A stretch of DNA of 64,000 nt from Chara braunii (taxonomy: Eukaryota; Plantae; Charophyceae): positions 3,823,665 to 3,887,664 of the forward strand of contig BFEA01000028.1 of NCBI GenBank assembly GCA_003427395.1, read 5' to 3'. Shown here in pieces: positions 24,971-38,107 of this stretch. Position 1 is the stretch's first letter. Each line of letters opens with the position of its first letter. Made by a program: the position numbers and the translations under genes. A model generated the notes under the pieces. That model searched no databases. It was not told where the DNA came from and saw nothing but the letters and a program-made list of their open reading frames with translations.

Positions 24971-25611
24971 GCACGTACTTATCTCTAAGGGAATATCTAA
25001 TACTATATGCGGATTAGGGGGTACATGCACTCATCTCATAGGAACTAATTTTTTGCCTAAATTTGCAACCGTGCGCTCGGTCATGAGAAAAAACGAAGTA
25101 GAATATTGTGTATCTCTTATTTGCAATTATGTGGAAAATTGAACTTAAACTCATAATGTTTTGTTTTGTCAATCATTGTCGTTTTATATTGCTGAACATG
25201 CAGGTCGACGAAACGAACTGTGGAAAACGACGCACATACATTCGGAAAGGCAGAGTGAGAAAAATATTATTCGTCGTGGCTTGCAAGCCTTATCGACTTT
25301 GTCGTTATTGCCCAAAAAAAAGAGAAGAAGACTTACACCCATGACATTTCCATCTATGAAGCCAGCTGCCCTAAGGATGTTTAAAGTTGTTGGAATAAGC
25401 CTCAGGGAAGGGAAGAAATTGCATCGCGAAGGTTGCAGTTTATCTATTGTGGATGACAGCTCTGATAGCGAAACAGATAGACAACAAAAAACTTGAACTC
25501 GGGTCTACGTCGTACATCACATAACGAAAAGTTCATTTTTGTATGAAGTCTTAGTCGTTCCATTGTTGTTTATATGTGTGTTTGTATGCAGTGCATGACT
25601 CTTTGTTCCAG

Positions 25612-26394
25612 ATTCCTTTAGCAACAAAACGCCTCACCGTAGAAGAAAATGAGTATCTTGACATGATTACAGGCAGCAGCGAAGACAATGAAGCATACGA
25701 CATTGTCGATTACAAGGGGAGCTGGAAGGTGGGAAAGGAAGACATCATGGTCGTCGTCGAGGATGGGAAATGGCTAAATGACGAAGTCGTCAATTTGTAC
25801 ATGCTAGCCGTCCAGATCACCAATGATCACATCAAGGTTGATTCGGCATGTACATAAGTGACAAGAGATAGGGTTCCTTTTGTGTACATTTTCGATTCAT
25901 TTTTCTTCATTCGATTCTCAAGTCCTTCGAGGTTTGAAACCGCATATTCCGAAGGGATGAAATGGGTGAAGGACACAAATCTTTTTGATTATGACTTAGT
26001 GATTATCCCTCTTCATTTTGGAAATCATTGGGCGTTAGCTTATGTCAGCATAGACGGTCCTAACTGTAAATTTCACATCATAGACTCTCTCCCTCGTGTT
26101 GACTATGTTTCAGTCCTTGAACGTTTGGAAGATTTTTTCGAAGCGGAGCTTCATCGATACAATCTTCGCGAAAGATATTATGTGGACGGGCCTACATCCT
26201 CCTTTGATACATCAGTGGATGGGATTCCTGCTCAAGAGGATCCTTATAGTTGTGGTGTTTTTATGTTAGGTTTTGCATCTTTGCTTGCAAGAGGTCACTT
26301 CCCTCCATTTGCTTTCTCACAAGCCAACATTTCTGATATGAGGCTTAGAATAGCATTTGACATTTTGTTCATGGTTAGATACGAAAGTCAATGA
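25612..26394 (+). pseudogene. Ulp1/SENP-family (peptidase C48) SUMO protease domain, with one in-frame stop (25855-25857)
   Basis: GKWLNDEVVNLYM, FDSFFF, LFDYDLVIIPLHFGNHWAL (His), IIDSL (Asp), IPAQEDPYSCGVFML (Gln/Cys); putative acceptor ttccag ending at 25611. Confidence 0.88.
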
Positions 26395-27933
26395 GGTGCG
26401 ACTAAAGCTACAGTCCGTAGTTAATATTTTGTTGATGAGATTGACATGTTTACTGAGTGTAAACATTCGAGGTAAAAACTTGACATTGTATTATATTTTG
26501 AGCACAGACAACACAAGAGCATGACTGTCACATTAATTTTTCCTCATTGCTTTGTCGTTCCTTCAACTTTGCATTGCTATGAATTTGTTTCGTCCTTATT
26601 TTGCTTTGTCGTTATTTCGATTTGTTATTATTTTGCTTTGTCGTTATTTTGCTTTATCGTTATTTCGTCTATAATTTCCTCATTTCGTTCTGCCATTTTA
26701 CAGTTAAAAAAAAAAGTAAAGATGAAAACAATTTCAATTATAACGAAAACACCGTTTATTTTAACTATCAGTCATGTACTTATACAGACCTAGACCCTGT
26801 ATAACACCAGCCTAAGTCGACTAATTGAAAACGTTTTCAGTAAACTTAGTTTTCTTGTTTGTGCAATGACCTACTCATCTTTCCATAGCGCCTCGCTAAC
26901 TATTTTAATAACCCTCTTCTATTATATGACGCCTAAATACACTACAAAAAAAATGCATAGGATGTATTTCTCTAATGTATTTTCGTACTTCTTTTATTCC
27001 GTAAAACTAGTGATTTACTATGTCCTCCAAACATACTACAGTGCCTACTTTGTTCACCCTATTAGGCCCCGCCTATTGCATCGAGTCAATTGGACTTTGT
27101 CGAAGGATCTCTTCAGCATTTTCTATTTGTGACAATAACTTTCCTATCTCAGTTTATAAGTCTTCGATTCGCGGGACATTCCTTTGGGTCCAATTAAACC
27201 CGAAAGCACTCACCCGCCCTTCTACTAAGAATTATTGTTCTTAATTCTTAGGTATTTATGAATTTTTATAAATTAGATGAGATACTAGTTTATGTTTGAA
27301 CTTCGGAGTCGCAAGTATGAGCGACTTATTTGTTTTCAAACTTTTAAGGTTTTCTTTTGAAAACTTGATTTCTTTTTTTAATAAAAAATAAGTTAATCAT
27401 CAACATACCCAATTGTTTGAATCTCTACTCAAACTCATTATCTCTTAAAAATGCAATTTGTGCGTTTTTACTCATCTTGTCACATTCAACATTTACTTAC
27501 TATGAGAACCAAAATTTGAGACTTTGGAAGTGTTATCGTGAAACTTTGTTATACAGGTACTTTAATAATGTAACATTTGCTAAAAAATATACCGATTTAT
27601 ACAAATTAATGGAAGCTTCATAAAATGTGCATATAGTATCAAACATTCTTTCATGAGATTCGTAATCAGAATGATTTGAAATTATAGTCAAACAATAAAA
27701 GACCAATTATTTTGCACAACACTGTATACTCTCTTTGAGTGAGAATTATTTGATTTTTTAACTATCAAAACTCTTAGTTTTAAAATAAGAGCAGAGGTGC
27801 TAGCGGATAACATTGGTTGAAATACCTTATTAAGCAAAATTATTGCGGAACTTGCCATTATGTGACAATCTAATCATCGTAAATGCATAAAACGTTTTTT
27901 GTTGAATATAATTTTTTTATAAAAGTCTGATAA

Positions 27934-28110
27934 CCTCAAGGGTAATGAGCATAAAGGATCGTTTTACCTTATTATAATTCTTCTATGAATTGAGCAGTAA
28001 AAAATATTTTTTTCTTGCATATAAAATATTGTGAAAGTCTCATGGCCTTGAGGGTAACGAGTATAAAGGATTAATTTACCTTATTATAATTCTTCTATGA
28101 ATTTAGCAGT
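27934..28110. repeat. Two-copy ~112-bp tandem repeat
   Basis: agggtaa.gag.ataaaggat...ttaccttattataattcttctatgaatt.agcagta occurs twice. Confidence 0.8.
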
Positions 28111-28749
28111 AGAATTGTTATGTTTAATATTTGTTTTCCTACTTTCTTCGGAGCCTTAATGGTCATCAGTAAAGTATAAATAATTGGTTTTTCCATCACT
28201 AAAACACCCTCATTCCGCTAAAAAAACCTTAAAAGTTTGATCAAAGTTTATGAAAAGGTTATTGCCATAAATTTATACATATAGCCTAGTGAAAAGATAA
28301 GTCTTCATTTTTTTCGCCTCGAGTTTATCTCACTTCTTGTTTATTAACATGATGTTTTTTTTTTCTAATTGTTTTTTTTTAAAGGTTTTTTGTGAGAACC
28401 TTGTTGTATAACTTGAGTACATTCTCTTATAGTTTTTCTCAACAAACTTCAAACTTTAATCAATAGATCATTACCTCTTTAAAGTTTTTAATTCTCAATC
28501 TCGTTCACTTTTGATTAATTCTTCATCTTTAACATTTTCATCAAGTAAGAGTCTCGAATGAATACGTGGTTTAACGGAAGGAAATCTCATAATATTGATG
28601 ATTTTGATATGCCGACATCACTATTTCATTTCACCTTATTGTGAGGGAATGTCACCAAAGTAATCGTTTTGCATATAAAAACATATCGTACAAAATCGTT
28701 ACTGATATATATTTATGGTGGGGATACCTTATTGTTGTCATTAAGAAAA

Positions 28750-31195
28750 ATGTCCAGGGGTGCTGTGGTGGAAACCGTAGCTAAAACTGACGTGCAAATC
28801 GTTCGTCGAACAAGGTATAAGGGCTAAGGGTTACTCAAACTGTTTAGTAGCTTGCGCCGTAATTTTTTTGCGAAAGTGACTGAGGGTGTCGGGTAGACGG
28901 ACCAGACCACGACGACTACCTAGAGGTGCGTTAATTGAAGGCGACGAATGAGGTAACCACGGTGGAGGGGGTGAAGAAATGGAAGCTTGAACCTAGGGAC
29001 GAAGCGACGTTGGATGCATGTAGACGAAGGTGAGGGTGGTGCAGGCGGGAATGACGGAAGGGAGAAGTTGGGTATGGTGAGGGAGAAAACCGATACCTCG
29101 CTTGATTCTTAACAGAATCAGGCGAGGAGAGATGCAAAATAGGGGTTTTTTGGGAAGGCGAAATAGTCGGTAGCTTTAGTCTAAGTGATAAGACAGTGGG
29201 TTAGTAGTTATGGAGGAGAAGATTGTGTGTGAGACACTGTACGTCGATGGGGACAAATGGTTTTCGGGTAGGGCGGCCACAATTTCGAGGTCAGAATTAG
29301 TAAAGAAATTAGTAGGAGATGAATTAGTAGAGAAGAGACATGCGAGAAGATGGCGGAGACAAAGGGGAAGATGCCGATGGTGGAATGAAAACACATAGTT
29401 TGCTCGATTCTTAGCTCAATTGAGCGAACCACGTTGCTATCTAGGGGTTTGGGGGGTTTGCGAAGAGAACGAGTGCCGCAAATTTTGGGTTTCAGCAGCA
29501 GATTAGGCGGTATGGCCAGCAGGGGCTGCTCTCGGTAGTGAAGCTTAGCAAAGTGCTAATGCACCTAACCGGCTCATAGGGAGGGATACATTCTCATTTA
29601 GTATGCACTGGAGGGATGTGAAGAAAAGGAAGTGTTGGTCTTCCTTGTTAAGATTGATTGTGCTAGTCCGTGTAGAGTAAGTAGTGCAGAAGAGAAAAAG
29701 AAAAATGAGTTGCTCGTCAGAACATAGGCGCGCTTCGTCCTGGTGATCGCTAAAGGCGATCGACTCAGTGGTGTTCGTTCTCATGGGAACGATCTTCGTG
29801 GTCATTTCCAACATCGTGATAAATTATCACGATCATTGTGGGCGGGCTTATCACTGTGCTGATCATGGTTAATGCTACGCCCTCGCTCACCCCAGTCTAT
29901 GGCCACGTATTTGGTGAGTATCGGAGTTGCACTGTTGAAGCCCCTCCTAGTGGTCGCATGTTGCCTAATCTCCGACTCGTCATTACGAACTCAATTGAGG
30001 TACGTTTCCCGCTCGTGAATGCAACCTTCGTTATCAAAAGTGTCATTCCCATTTGCTGGTCATTTGCATCGGACAATAATGTATATTTCCGCATTATAGC
30101 AAAATGTTCATTTTCAATCCGAGGCTTTAGTGACTGGCGATAAGATGGCTGCTCGTGGTGAACGATCACTCCTAGTAATCGTCGTCGTCCCGCTCATCTA
30201 GATCACGCCGTTGTTCAACAAGCTCAACCTGACGGTCGACTTTTGTTCCCTCATCGTCACGTCCGTTTTGGTAGCAGTGGGCTTACCATCAGTCGGCGAA
30301 GTTGCTATTCCTTTTGTTGAGGCTAAAGGTACAAACTGTTGTTGCAAAAACACGGAGTAGCTATTACTGCATAGTGGGGTGTTGTCGAGAGATGAATAAA
30401 TGCCCTACAATTGTACTTTGGTTGTTGTTGGATGTTGATGTGAGGTTGAGCTTGTGATTGACCCATGCAAAACTGAAAGAGTTCACTTGCGGTAGCGAGC
30501 GCATGCTTGCACTAACTGTGAATTCACTGCCTCGACCTTCCATTGGTGGTATCAGAATGGGGGGGGCACACTAGTGAATGAGGGAGAAAGTTACACGAGG
30601 GGAGAAATCTTCTACATGCCTGATTAAGAATTGTTTGCTGCGATCGAAGGGGGCGTGAAGCTAGCCACGTGATTGAAGACTTACCCGTTGGCAGGTGCGC
30701 TGCATGCCATAATGAGCAAAGCAACTGCCAACGATTGTGGGACGTTGCAGCCTTATTTGTTGGTTAATGTGCTGATACCCCCAATAGTCCAAGTAGTGTG
30801 AGGCGCGCTGTGGGCTTTAGACTTGCCTGTTAGCCCGTGCGTTGGCCAGCCTATTGGCAGCACTGAAGTGAGGCCAGTCACAGAGGTTGGAGTCGCGCCT
30901 GCTGACTTTTACGCTATTCACTCCGCTGGTTGAAGCAATGCGAGTTTAGCTGCGGGATAGATACATGCCTGACTGTGTCTTTGACCAAGTTCGTGGCGGA
31001 GGCGAGCCGGGGGCTTGGAGGGATAGTGAACCCGACTACGCCAGTGGATTCTGCGTCTATGGGAGTAATTAAGTTGCGTAAGGGAGTTGTTGCTGCAAGT
31101 TGGAAGGTCGTAAGAGAGTCAACGACTGAAAGTTTGACTTCAGTTGACCAAGTTGCTGTGAACTCTGGCCGCTATTGAGGGGCCCTCAAACGCAT
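28750..31195 (-). pseudogene. Possible decayed long ORF, antisense to the putative LTR element
   Basis: GC-elevated block in an AT-rich background with successive protein-like minus-strand segments broken by stops; no domain recognised. Confidence 0.3.
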
Positions 31196-31684
31196 CAAGG
31201 TTTAAAAACCATCTCACGCGAGTCAGAGTACACCTTTCTTGGATCTGAGCGACTAAGTGTTTTTTCTTCTACTCTTCTTACTCTCAGTCTAGTATATTGG
31301 TTTGGAGAGGAAGGCGGCTGGTGGGATTTGAACCCGTAATCCGTGCCAAGGCCTCTGTGAGAGGTTGCCCCACCGATTGTGGGAGCTCTGTCGGGACCTA
31401 GGCGAGGTTTTGGAGGCAGGGAACAAGGTGATAATCTTCCTCCCCTTCTATAAACCCGGTTAAAACCCTTACTTGTACATCTTCATACAATTTCACTAAA
31501 TATACTGCATGCATCCCTATTGAGTTTATGTTTGGTTTTCTGTACTTAAATCAGAGTTAAAATAATGTATGCGCAATCTCAGTTTTTTTTTTTTGGTTGT
31601 CTAAAGTCAGATTGAAAAAGGGTTTGTGAATTGGGGGAAGGCAAGAGGAAAGTGGTTTTGCTTGTGATTGTCTAGTCAACCAAA

Positions 31685-32468
31685 GGGCGGGCGTAGTTGC
31701 TAAGTTGAATGACCCAGTGTTATGTTTATTTAAACTACCAGAGGACCAAACTTTGTTCCTAAGTTGGATGGTCCGGTTGCTTTGACTTGTGAGGGCTCCA
31801 TGCGATTGTATTTTTCAGAGACCAAGTTTTGTTTCTAAGTTGAATGGCTTGGTCGCCTTGGTTTATTTTTGGATTTTCTGCGTGGGAATGAACTTCGTTT
31901 CTGAGTTGAATGACCCAGTTTCCTTCTGTTTCTTTATTTTTTCTGAAAAAGAAGGTTAGGCCTTTGTTTATAAGTTGAATGACTTAAACTACCTTTTTGT
32001 TTACTATGAGGGAAATTAGGTGACAAACCTGACATTGTTTCTAAGTTGAATGGTTTCGTCTGGAGCCAGACACATGTTGGAAAAAAACAATAGTTTTATA
32101 TATAATTTATTATTATTTTACTCATGAACATGCTAGTCATACTTTGTTTATAAGTTGAATAGTCTGACCGTAGCTTATCATAATGAAGAGAATACAAATT
32201 AAGAATATTAATTGGTGGTAAGATGAGGCAGGTTGAACTTCGTTTCTAAGTTGAATGCTTCACTCCTGTGCTACCTTAAAAGATTAAGAGCAGAAAGGTA
32301 TGTATAACTTGGCTATTTAAACAGTTAAGGTGACCAGGTTTTGTTTCTAAGTTGAATGGCCTAGTCATATGCCCCAAAAAAAAAAAAGTATGAGCGCCTC
32401 TTTGTTTGTGTATATTCAATGACAAAGGTAGACTTTGTTTCTAAGTTGAATAGTCTGACTCTATGTCT
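31685..32468 (+). repeat. Array of 10 stem-loops with conserved loop TTGTTTCTAAGTTGAAT, variable complementary stems and unique spacers
   Basis: Core (T)AAGTTGAAT or a one-mismatch variant at 31701, 31760, 31836, 31902, 31971, 32042, 32151, 32247, 32348 and 32442; most copies are flanked by their own inverted repeat. Confidence 0.85.
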
Positions 32469-32759
32469 CATGTAAGATGGGTAAAAAAATATAAATCGTT
32501 GAGGGACAATAAACTATTGTAGACAAGGTTTAACTTTGGGATTTGGTGAGAGTACTTACCCATTGTGGTTTAGACGTGTGTGTGGCCGAGTGAGAGTTTT
32601 ACTTAGTATGAGTTTTCGTTTGATAGGTAGTTGCTTTAGTTGCTCGCTACGTGCTACAGCTCTATGAGTTGGTTCAATTCCTGCATTATGTAGGTTAACT
32701 TTATTTTACTTAGTAAAGTTATTGCATTTTCTGGGATCATTTGTTTTACTTGGCTTTGT

Positions 32760-33385
32760 ATAAAAATTTGGAAAGCTACTTTCTCTACAGGAAGCGCTGC
32801 CGACATTTCTATAAAACCAAAAAGTTTATCAAATTTTGACTTTTCAAGGTTCAACTTTGTATAAGTTTTATATATGGCTTAGTAAAAATCTGAAAAATCT
32901 TCTTTTTTATTGGGAAGTGTTGTCTGAATTTTTACTAATCAAGGGAGTTCGACAAATTTTGGCTTTGCGAAGTCATAATCATTCTCGAGTTTTGTATTTT
33001 ATTTTGTATAAATTTTGAAATGACACTTCTCTGGAGGAAGTGCTGCTAAAATTTTAACAGATCTAAGGAGTTAGTTAAAATTTTGTCTTAACAGAAACTG
33101 AAATCTTGTTTCGAGTTCTTATATAACTTAGTATAAATATGAGAAGTCTACTTCATAAAGGAGATGCTGCCCAAATTTTTGTTAATTCAGAGAGTCAACA
33201 AAATTTGACCCTATAGATTTGAGAACCATTTCAGTTTTTATATTCATATGAATATCAATTATAAGAAGACATTTTTGCAACGGAAATCGCTGTCGAAATT
33301 TTCTTAGTTTAAAGGAGTTATATTATATTCTGATAGGAAAGATTCTGGCGATTCACCCTAAGAAGGGGAGATGCTGTTAAAAAAA
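32760..33385. repeat. Degenerate ~123-bp tandem repeat, about 5 copies
   Basis: gga(a/g)..gctg....aatttt-like motif at ~32790, 32912, 33036, 33160 and 33282. Confidence 0.7.
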
Positions 33386-33435
33386 AATTCTTTCTTTAGG
33401 CACCTGCTTATTCAGACTTAGTTAAGGGAGGGATT

Positions 33436-34955
33436 TGAGCGATACATGATATGGGGTTTATTCTTCATGCACTTATAAGTTTTAGTCTTGGGGATTGGTC
33501 TGTCTTATGTCACAAGACCTCTTTTGATCATTTCGATTCAAGATCTGAGTAGATTCAGCTTGATCCCACGAGGATCATCTTCTGTTATCACTGATAACAA
33601 GTCGATTGTCGATTCGTCCGTTCATGACTCAACTCTAATTCACTCTCGCTACTCAACCTAAAGACCTTAACCCCTGTGGTTTGAATTATTTCGTTATGGT
33701 TTTCATGCAGACTTTATTGAATGACCAATTAACAAAGATACGAAGTATTTTATTATGAAAGGTTGGACAAAGGTTGAAGCTTCTGTAGCTAAAACGAGGG
33801 GTGTGAGCACATAGAGTGGTTGAAGCTGACCACGTGTAATGCTTGGACTTCTGGTTGAATCTTTGATGTGATTGCAGGTATGTTTGTGGTTCTGACTCTA
33901 GATTTGGCTGCCTGCGATCACACATATACATGGTTGAAAAAAGTCTTATTGTAATTGTGAGAAGTGATCGTCTCGTGTTGTATAACCCTCTATATACATA
34001 TATATCTCGAGTGTCCTCACGACCTCATGCGACCGTGTGTAAAGGCTAAACTGATTTTGCGTTTGAGAAGAAAGAGAGACTTTTTTTCCCTTTTGGTTAT
34101 AGACTGATTATAGTTGGAAGTTGAAACCTATCTACCACCCACTCTCTACAAGGTGCAGAAGAGCGTGTGGTTCTCAACCTGCTCGCGATTGCCTTGCGTC
34201 GAGAGATTAACCCCTGTAGGCGCTTGTTAGCCGATACTTGGGTGTCGGACGTAACCGTCGAGACCACTGAGGGTCATGCGATTATGAGTACTACATAGTA
34301 TTCATGTATGGCTAGTCGGTATGAAAAGGCCTAGCGTCCGCGCAGTTTTATCGTAAGTCTCACGTGCGACATAGAACCAATTTCCATCTCAAAAGATTAT
34401 GGGTCGAACACTAAAGGGACTACGAGTGTTTTTATTGTGTGAGTTATCTGACTTTTTGCTTTGACGTGGTGTAGAGCGTGGTAAAAAAAATATGTTTTAG
34501 TCGACTTACGACGAGTCGCTATTGGGACTTCAGCCCCCCATGGCGTCGCTTCACATACGGGTCCGATAGAGGTGTGAGACCGCTCGTACCTTTTATGCTA
34601 CAGCGTACGAAAAACGCCATCGGTTGGGCCACCTCTGCAATTGCAACTGATTAACTTTCGCATGTGGTTCAGTGGCTCGATGGGGATATGCCCACCTAAG
34701 GGATGGTGACAGCTCCCGCATATGGAGGTAAGTTGTAACTCGTGTGGGCCTATCCTGCCGTAGGGGATTGCGAGAGGTATGGCTGACATACTCAGCTAAA
34801 GCGGCAACGAAAGCTCCATTACACCACGATAAAGGATAAAGACCTGCACAAAATCCTGCGTGACGTGGCCGGGAGGGTTCCCCTGCGGGACCGATGCACT
34901 CGATAACGTATAGTAGATTAAAGTAGAGTAGAGTAGCGTAGAGTAGAGTATCGCA
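33436..34955 (+). mobile_element. Putative 3' LTR (~1.5 kb) of an unidentified LTR retroelement
   Basis: Purine tract AAGGGAGGGA at 33424-33433; termini TGAGCGATAC...GTATCGCA (TG..CA with GCGATAC/GTATCGC inverted repeat); TATA-like tatatacatatata near 33990. No second copy in the window. Confidence 0.4.
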
Positions 34956-37304
34956 AATAAGAGTCTGAATTTCGGTCGTTCGGGTGTTCGAGCTGTCTTG
35001 ACTTGTCCCGACCTGTCTTCGATAACATTGGTTATATGATCATTAAATCTTTGTTAAAATATGACATCTTTAAGCAAGTGTACAACAACAAGACTAATCA
35101 CCAAGATTTGGTTGCGATGTAAAACATATTTTTCTCTATTCAAATATGATATCTGAAACCACTAATACATTTACCATTGTTGGGAAATTACATCGAAACG
35201 CTTGTTCCCGAAAGATTCGGGGGTGGGACCCAGGGTCTCATAAATCGTAGTTTTACATTCCCCATGTGTGAATGGAAAAGGAAAAAAAAGAAAATGCTTT
35301 CTTTATTTGCAATGATGTCGGGCAATGTAGTTTAGGAAGCCATGCTCACAGTTTTCATTCAAATAATCAATCTTACAGCTAACACGATTACGTTTTGAAT
35401 GTTGTTGTTTTTATTTTTTTTTTCACCCTTTTGTCTTTCATAAAGTCCCCTTCTCAAACTGTTTTTTCTCAAAGGATTGTAATGTTGATCATACTGACAC
35501 TTAGAATAATGTATCCAACCATTTTTACGACCGAATCCATGTTTCCATTTTTTTTTCCCTTCTTCTATTTTTATGGAATCGGACAACTTAGCCACGAGGT
35601 TGAGATGCCCTCAGTGAGGGCACATTCACACTACCACTTCCAACAATGTATACAACTTCAATCACGACAAAAAAATCATTTTCTTTATTTGTTATCTTGT
35701 ATTGCGAGTTTCACGACCACACCTTTTTTTTTTTGTTCTTTCAATGAAAGTACCGAAAAGAAAATGAGGTGAGACTCATACTTGGCAAACTCGGAGCGCA
35801 CTAAAGTTCAGACTCGACAAAAACAGACTCAGAGCTGCTAGTGGCTTAAGCCATAGTACAACAATATGACTAATCACCAATATTAGGTTGGGATGTTAAA
35901 CAAACTTTCATAGAAATCGCCTCAATTAATTGAATTCCGTATGTGAGGTGTGCGAATATCCTTCGTTGCAATCCTCCAGCCGACATTGAAATCCCTCTTC
36001 TGGTTCGAGTAGTTGCAACTCCTTCGACTGCATCACCGTCATTATTATTCCCCTTTAATCATAAATTGATTAGTCTGATAACAATAGGAAAATCAGAGAT
36101 GTAGTCTGGTTTAGTCTCAAAATATATGTTGAATCTAAACCAACAAGTGAGATACGTTTTTAGATTAACCTTTATGACTTAAAATACATATTATTAGACG
36201 TACGTTATTATTTTATTTATTTATTAAAAAATAATGGACATTCTTGTATTGCCATATCACCCTCTATGTAATAATCAATCCATAAGGTCATTGCACATAT
36301 CTTGTTCATGATAAGAGTGTCTAATCCAATTTAGATTATATAATACTAAATGTGTATCTTTATTATCGCTCACCATAAATTTGTGTCGCTAGTACTTCGT
36401 GTTAGATAAGGAATTTTCGTGTACCTCATCTCCTAACTCTTCTGTTCATGTATGCAATCTACAAATGCTACTTTATGTTCTCTCATTATAATTAAACTGC
36501 CTCCCATTTATTCGCCTTATACCGCCACTCCCCCCGACAACCGGAAACCCTTGGCCCTGTGAGTTAGGGTTGGGTTCTACAGAGAGACGACAATCATTCG
36601 TTACTGACGGGTCTAATCCTGCCATTTGAAAGCCGCCACTTTGACGATTTTTGTGCTCCGAATATTTTTTCAAAAATTCTGAAAATTTGAGGTTTCGTAG
36701 ATTAGGTCGTGATCTGTCGAGAAAAAATATCAGCAAAAAAAAATATTTTGACCGTGAAATAATCGCCTCGCCAATTCGGCGCGTTTTTAATTTTTTGTTC
36801 AAGTTCCATTTTTGCTATTTACTCGGTTTTTCACTCTATGCTACAAATGTCCCTAGTAAAACGACGCTACTGGTCCCCCGAGGTTTTTGACATCGGGGGA
36901 AATGGTGGTCTCAATGGTTACGTTCCCTTGCATTGCCATTGCATAAATAATACTAATAATATAATAGGAGTCGAACCATAATTGGCATAGGTTAAGTCAT
37001 CGAGGAAAACAAATCATTGGATGCCAATATAGTAGTAGTAAGGGTGTATGAACGACTTAAAGCATACGTACTTGACCCTTCCTTCAAAACATGCCGCTGT
37101 GTAAGAGGTGACTGTTATTTCGATGTATCGGCCTGCTTGCAACCAATTTGTTATGTACTCAATGAAAATATTTTCTTCAGAGGAAAATTGTCTGCTGGTG
37201 ATCTAAACTTGTTTTCACTATTCGCCATAATTTTAGATCACAAGACGAATAATGATACCTGCGTATTTATACCGCAATCCTGTTGAGATGGCGAATTCCC
37301 TCTT

Positions 37305-37368
<64 letters not shown>

Positions 37369-37383
37369 ACACACACAGACAGA

Positions 37384-37425
<42 letters not shown>

Positions 37426-37702
37426 CTCCCNNNNNNNNNNNNNNNNNNNNNNNNNNNNNNNNNNNNNNNNNNNNNNNNNNNNNNNNNNNNNNNNNNNNNN
37501 NNNNNNNNNNNNNNNNNNNNNNNNNNNNNNNNNNNNAGAGAGAGAGAGAGAGAGAGAGAGATCATCGACAAACTTTTTTTTTTTTTTCTCTCTCCCACCC
37601 CCCACCCCCCTGGTGCGCTGCTGAACTACTATAGCGAAAGAATTAATCTTTTATTTTATTCACAAAAAAATCATTCTCTTGCTGTAGTAGTTTTGCAACG
37701 AG

Positions 37703-37761
<59 letters not shown>

Positions 37762-38107
37762 AAGAGAGAGAGCGAGGAGGGGTGGAGCTTGAAGGATGGT
37801 CAAGCACGCCAACGACATCACATAGCACACACCAATGACACCATGACCGACACTGTAAACGACGTACTCCAAGAGTCACAATGAAGAATGAAGAATGAAT
37901 GGAAAGATAGACTGCTGTTAAGGTGTACCTTCAACGGACTGACTGAACTGGACTGGACTGGCATTGGACTCTGTATCAGACTAGATGAATACACGACCTG
38001 TGGGGATAGGATGACGATCGGGTCCTACAGTCCGAACAGATACAAAGCAAGAATAGTGCCGGCCTGTAGCCAGGGCTAAACTTGAAGAAGGGGACATGCG
38101 GTGAATG

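Larger units (their letters stand above)
12232..26756. mobile_element. 14.5-kb cut-and-paste DNA transposon, Sola-like (inferred), with cargo genes; this copy is defective
   Basis: Left TIR AACGGCGTTTTCGTTAAAAATAAATTGTTTT (12232-12262); right TIR reverse complement AACGGTGTTTTCGTTATAATTGAAATTGTTTT (26725-26756); TATT at 12228-12231 and 26757-26760; subterminal ttgtcgttattt repeats at 26550-26670; internal DDD transposase. Confidence 0.8.

Noticed and set aside
26777-26784. TATA box (TATAAGTA, minus strand) of a genuine U2 gene displaced by the transposon
   Set aside because: The spacing is plausible, but no USE is visible and the U2 has a poly(A) tail and TSD, so it is a retrocopy.
31313-31400. 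tRNA gene or ribozyme (minus-strand GGGTTCAAATCCC plus adjacent small hairpins)
   Set aside because: Only a T-arm/B-box-like motif; I could not build a cloverleaf, hammerhead core or HDV-type pseudoknot.
31685-32468. CRISPR array
   Set aside because: Eukaryotic context, no cas genes, irregular spacing (59-109 bp), and the pairing lies in the variable flanks rather than in the repeat.
35080-35902. ~47-bp direct repeats (35080-35126, 35856-35902) as TRIM LTRs
   Set aside because: No PBS, PPT or TSD found; too short and diverged to support.
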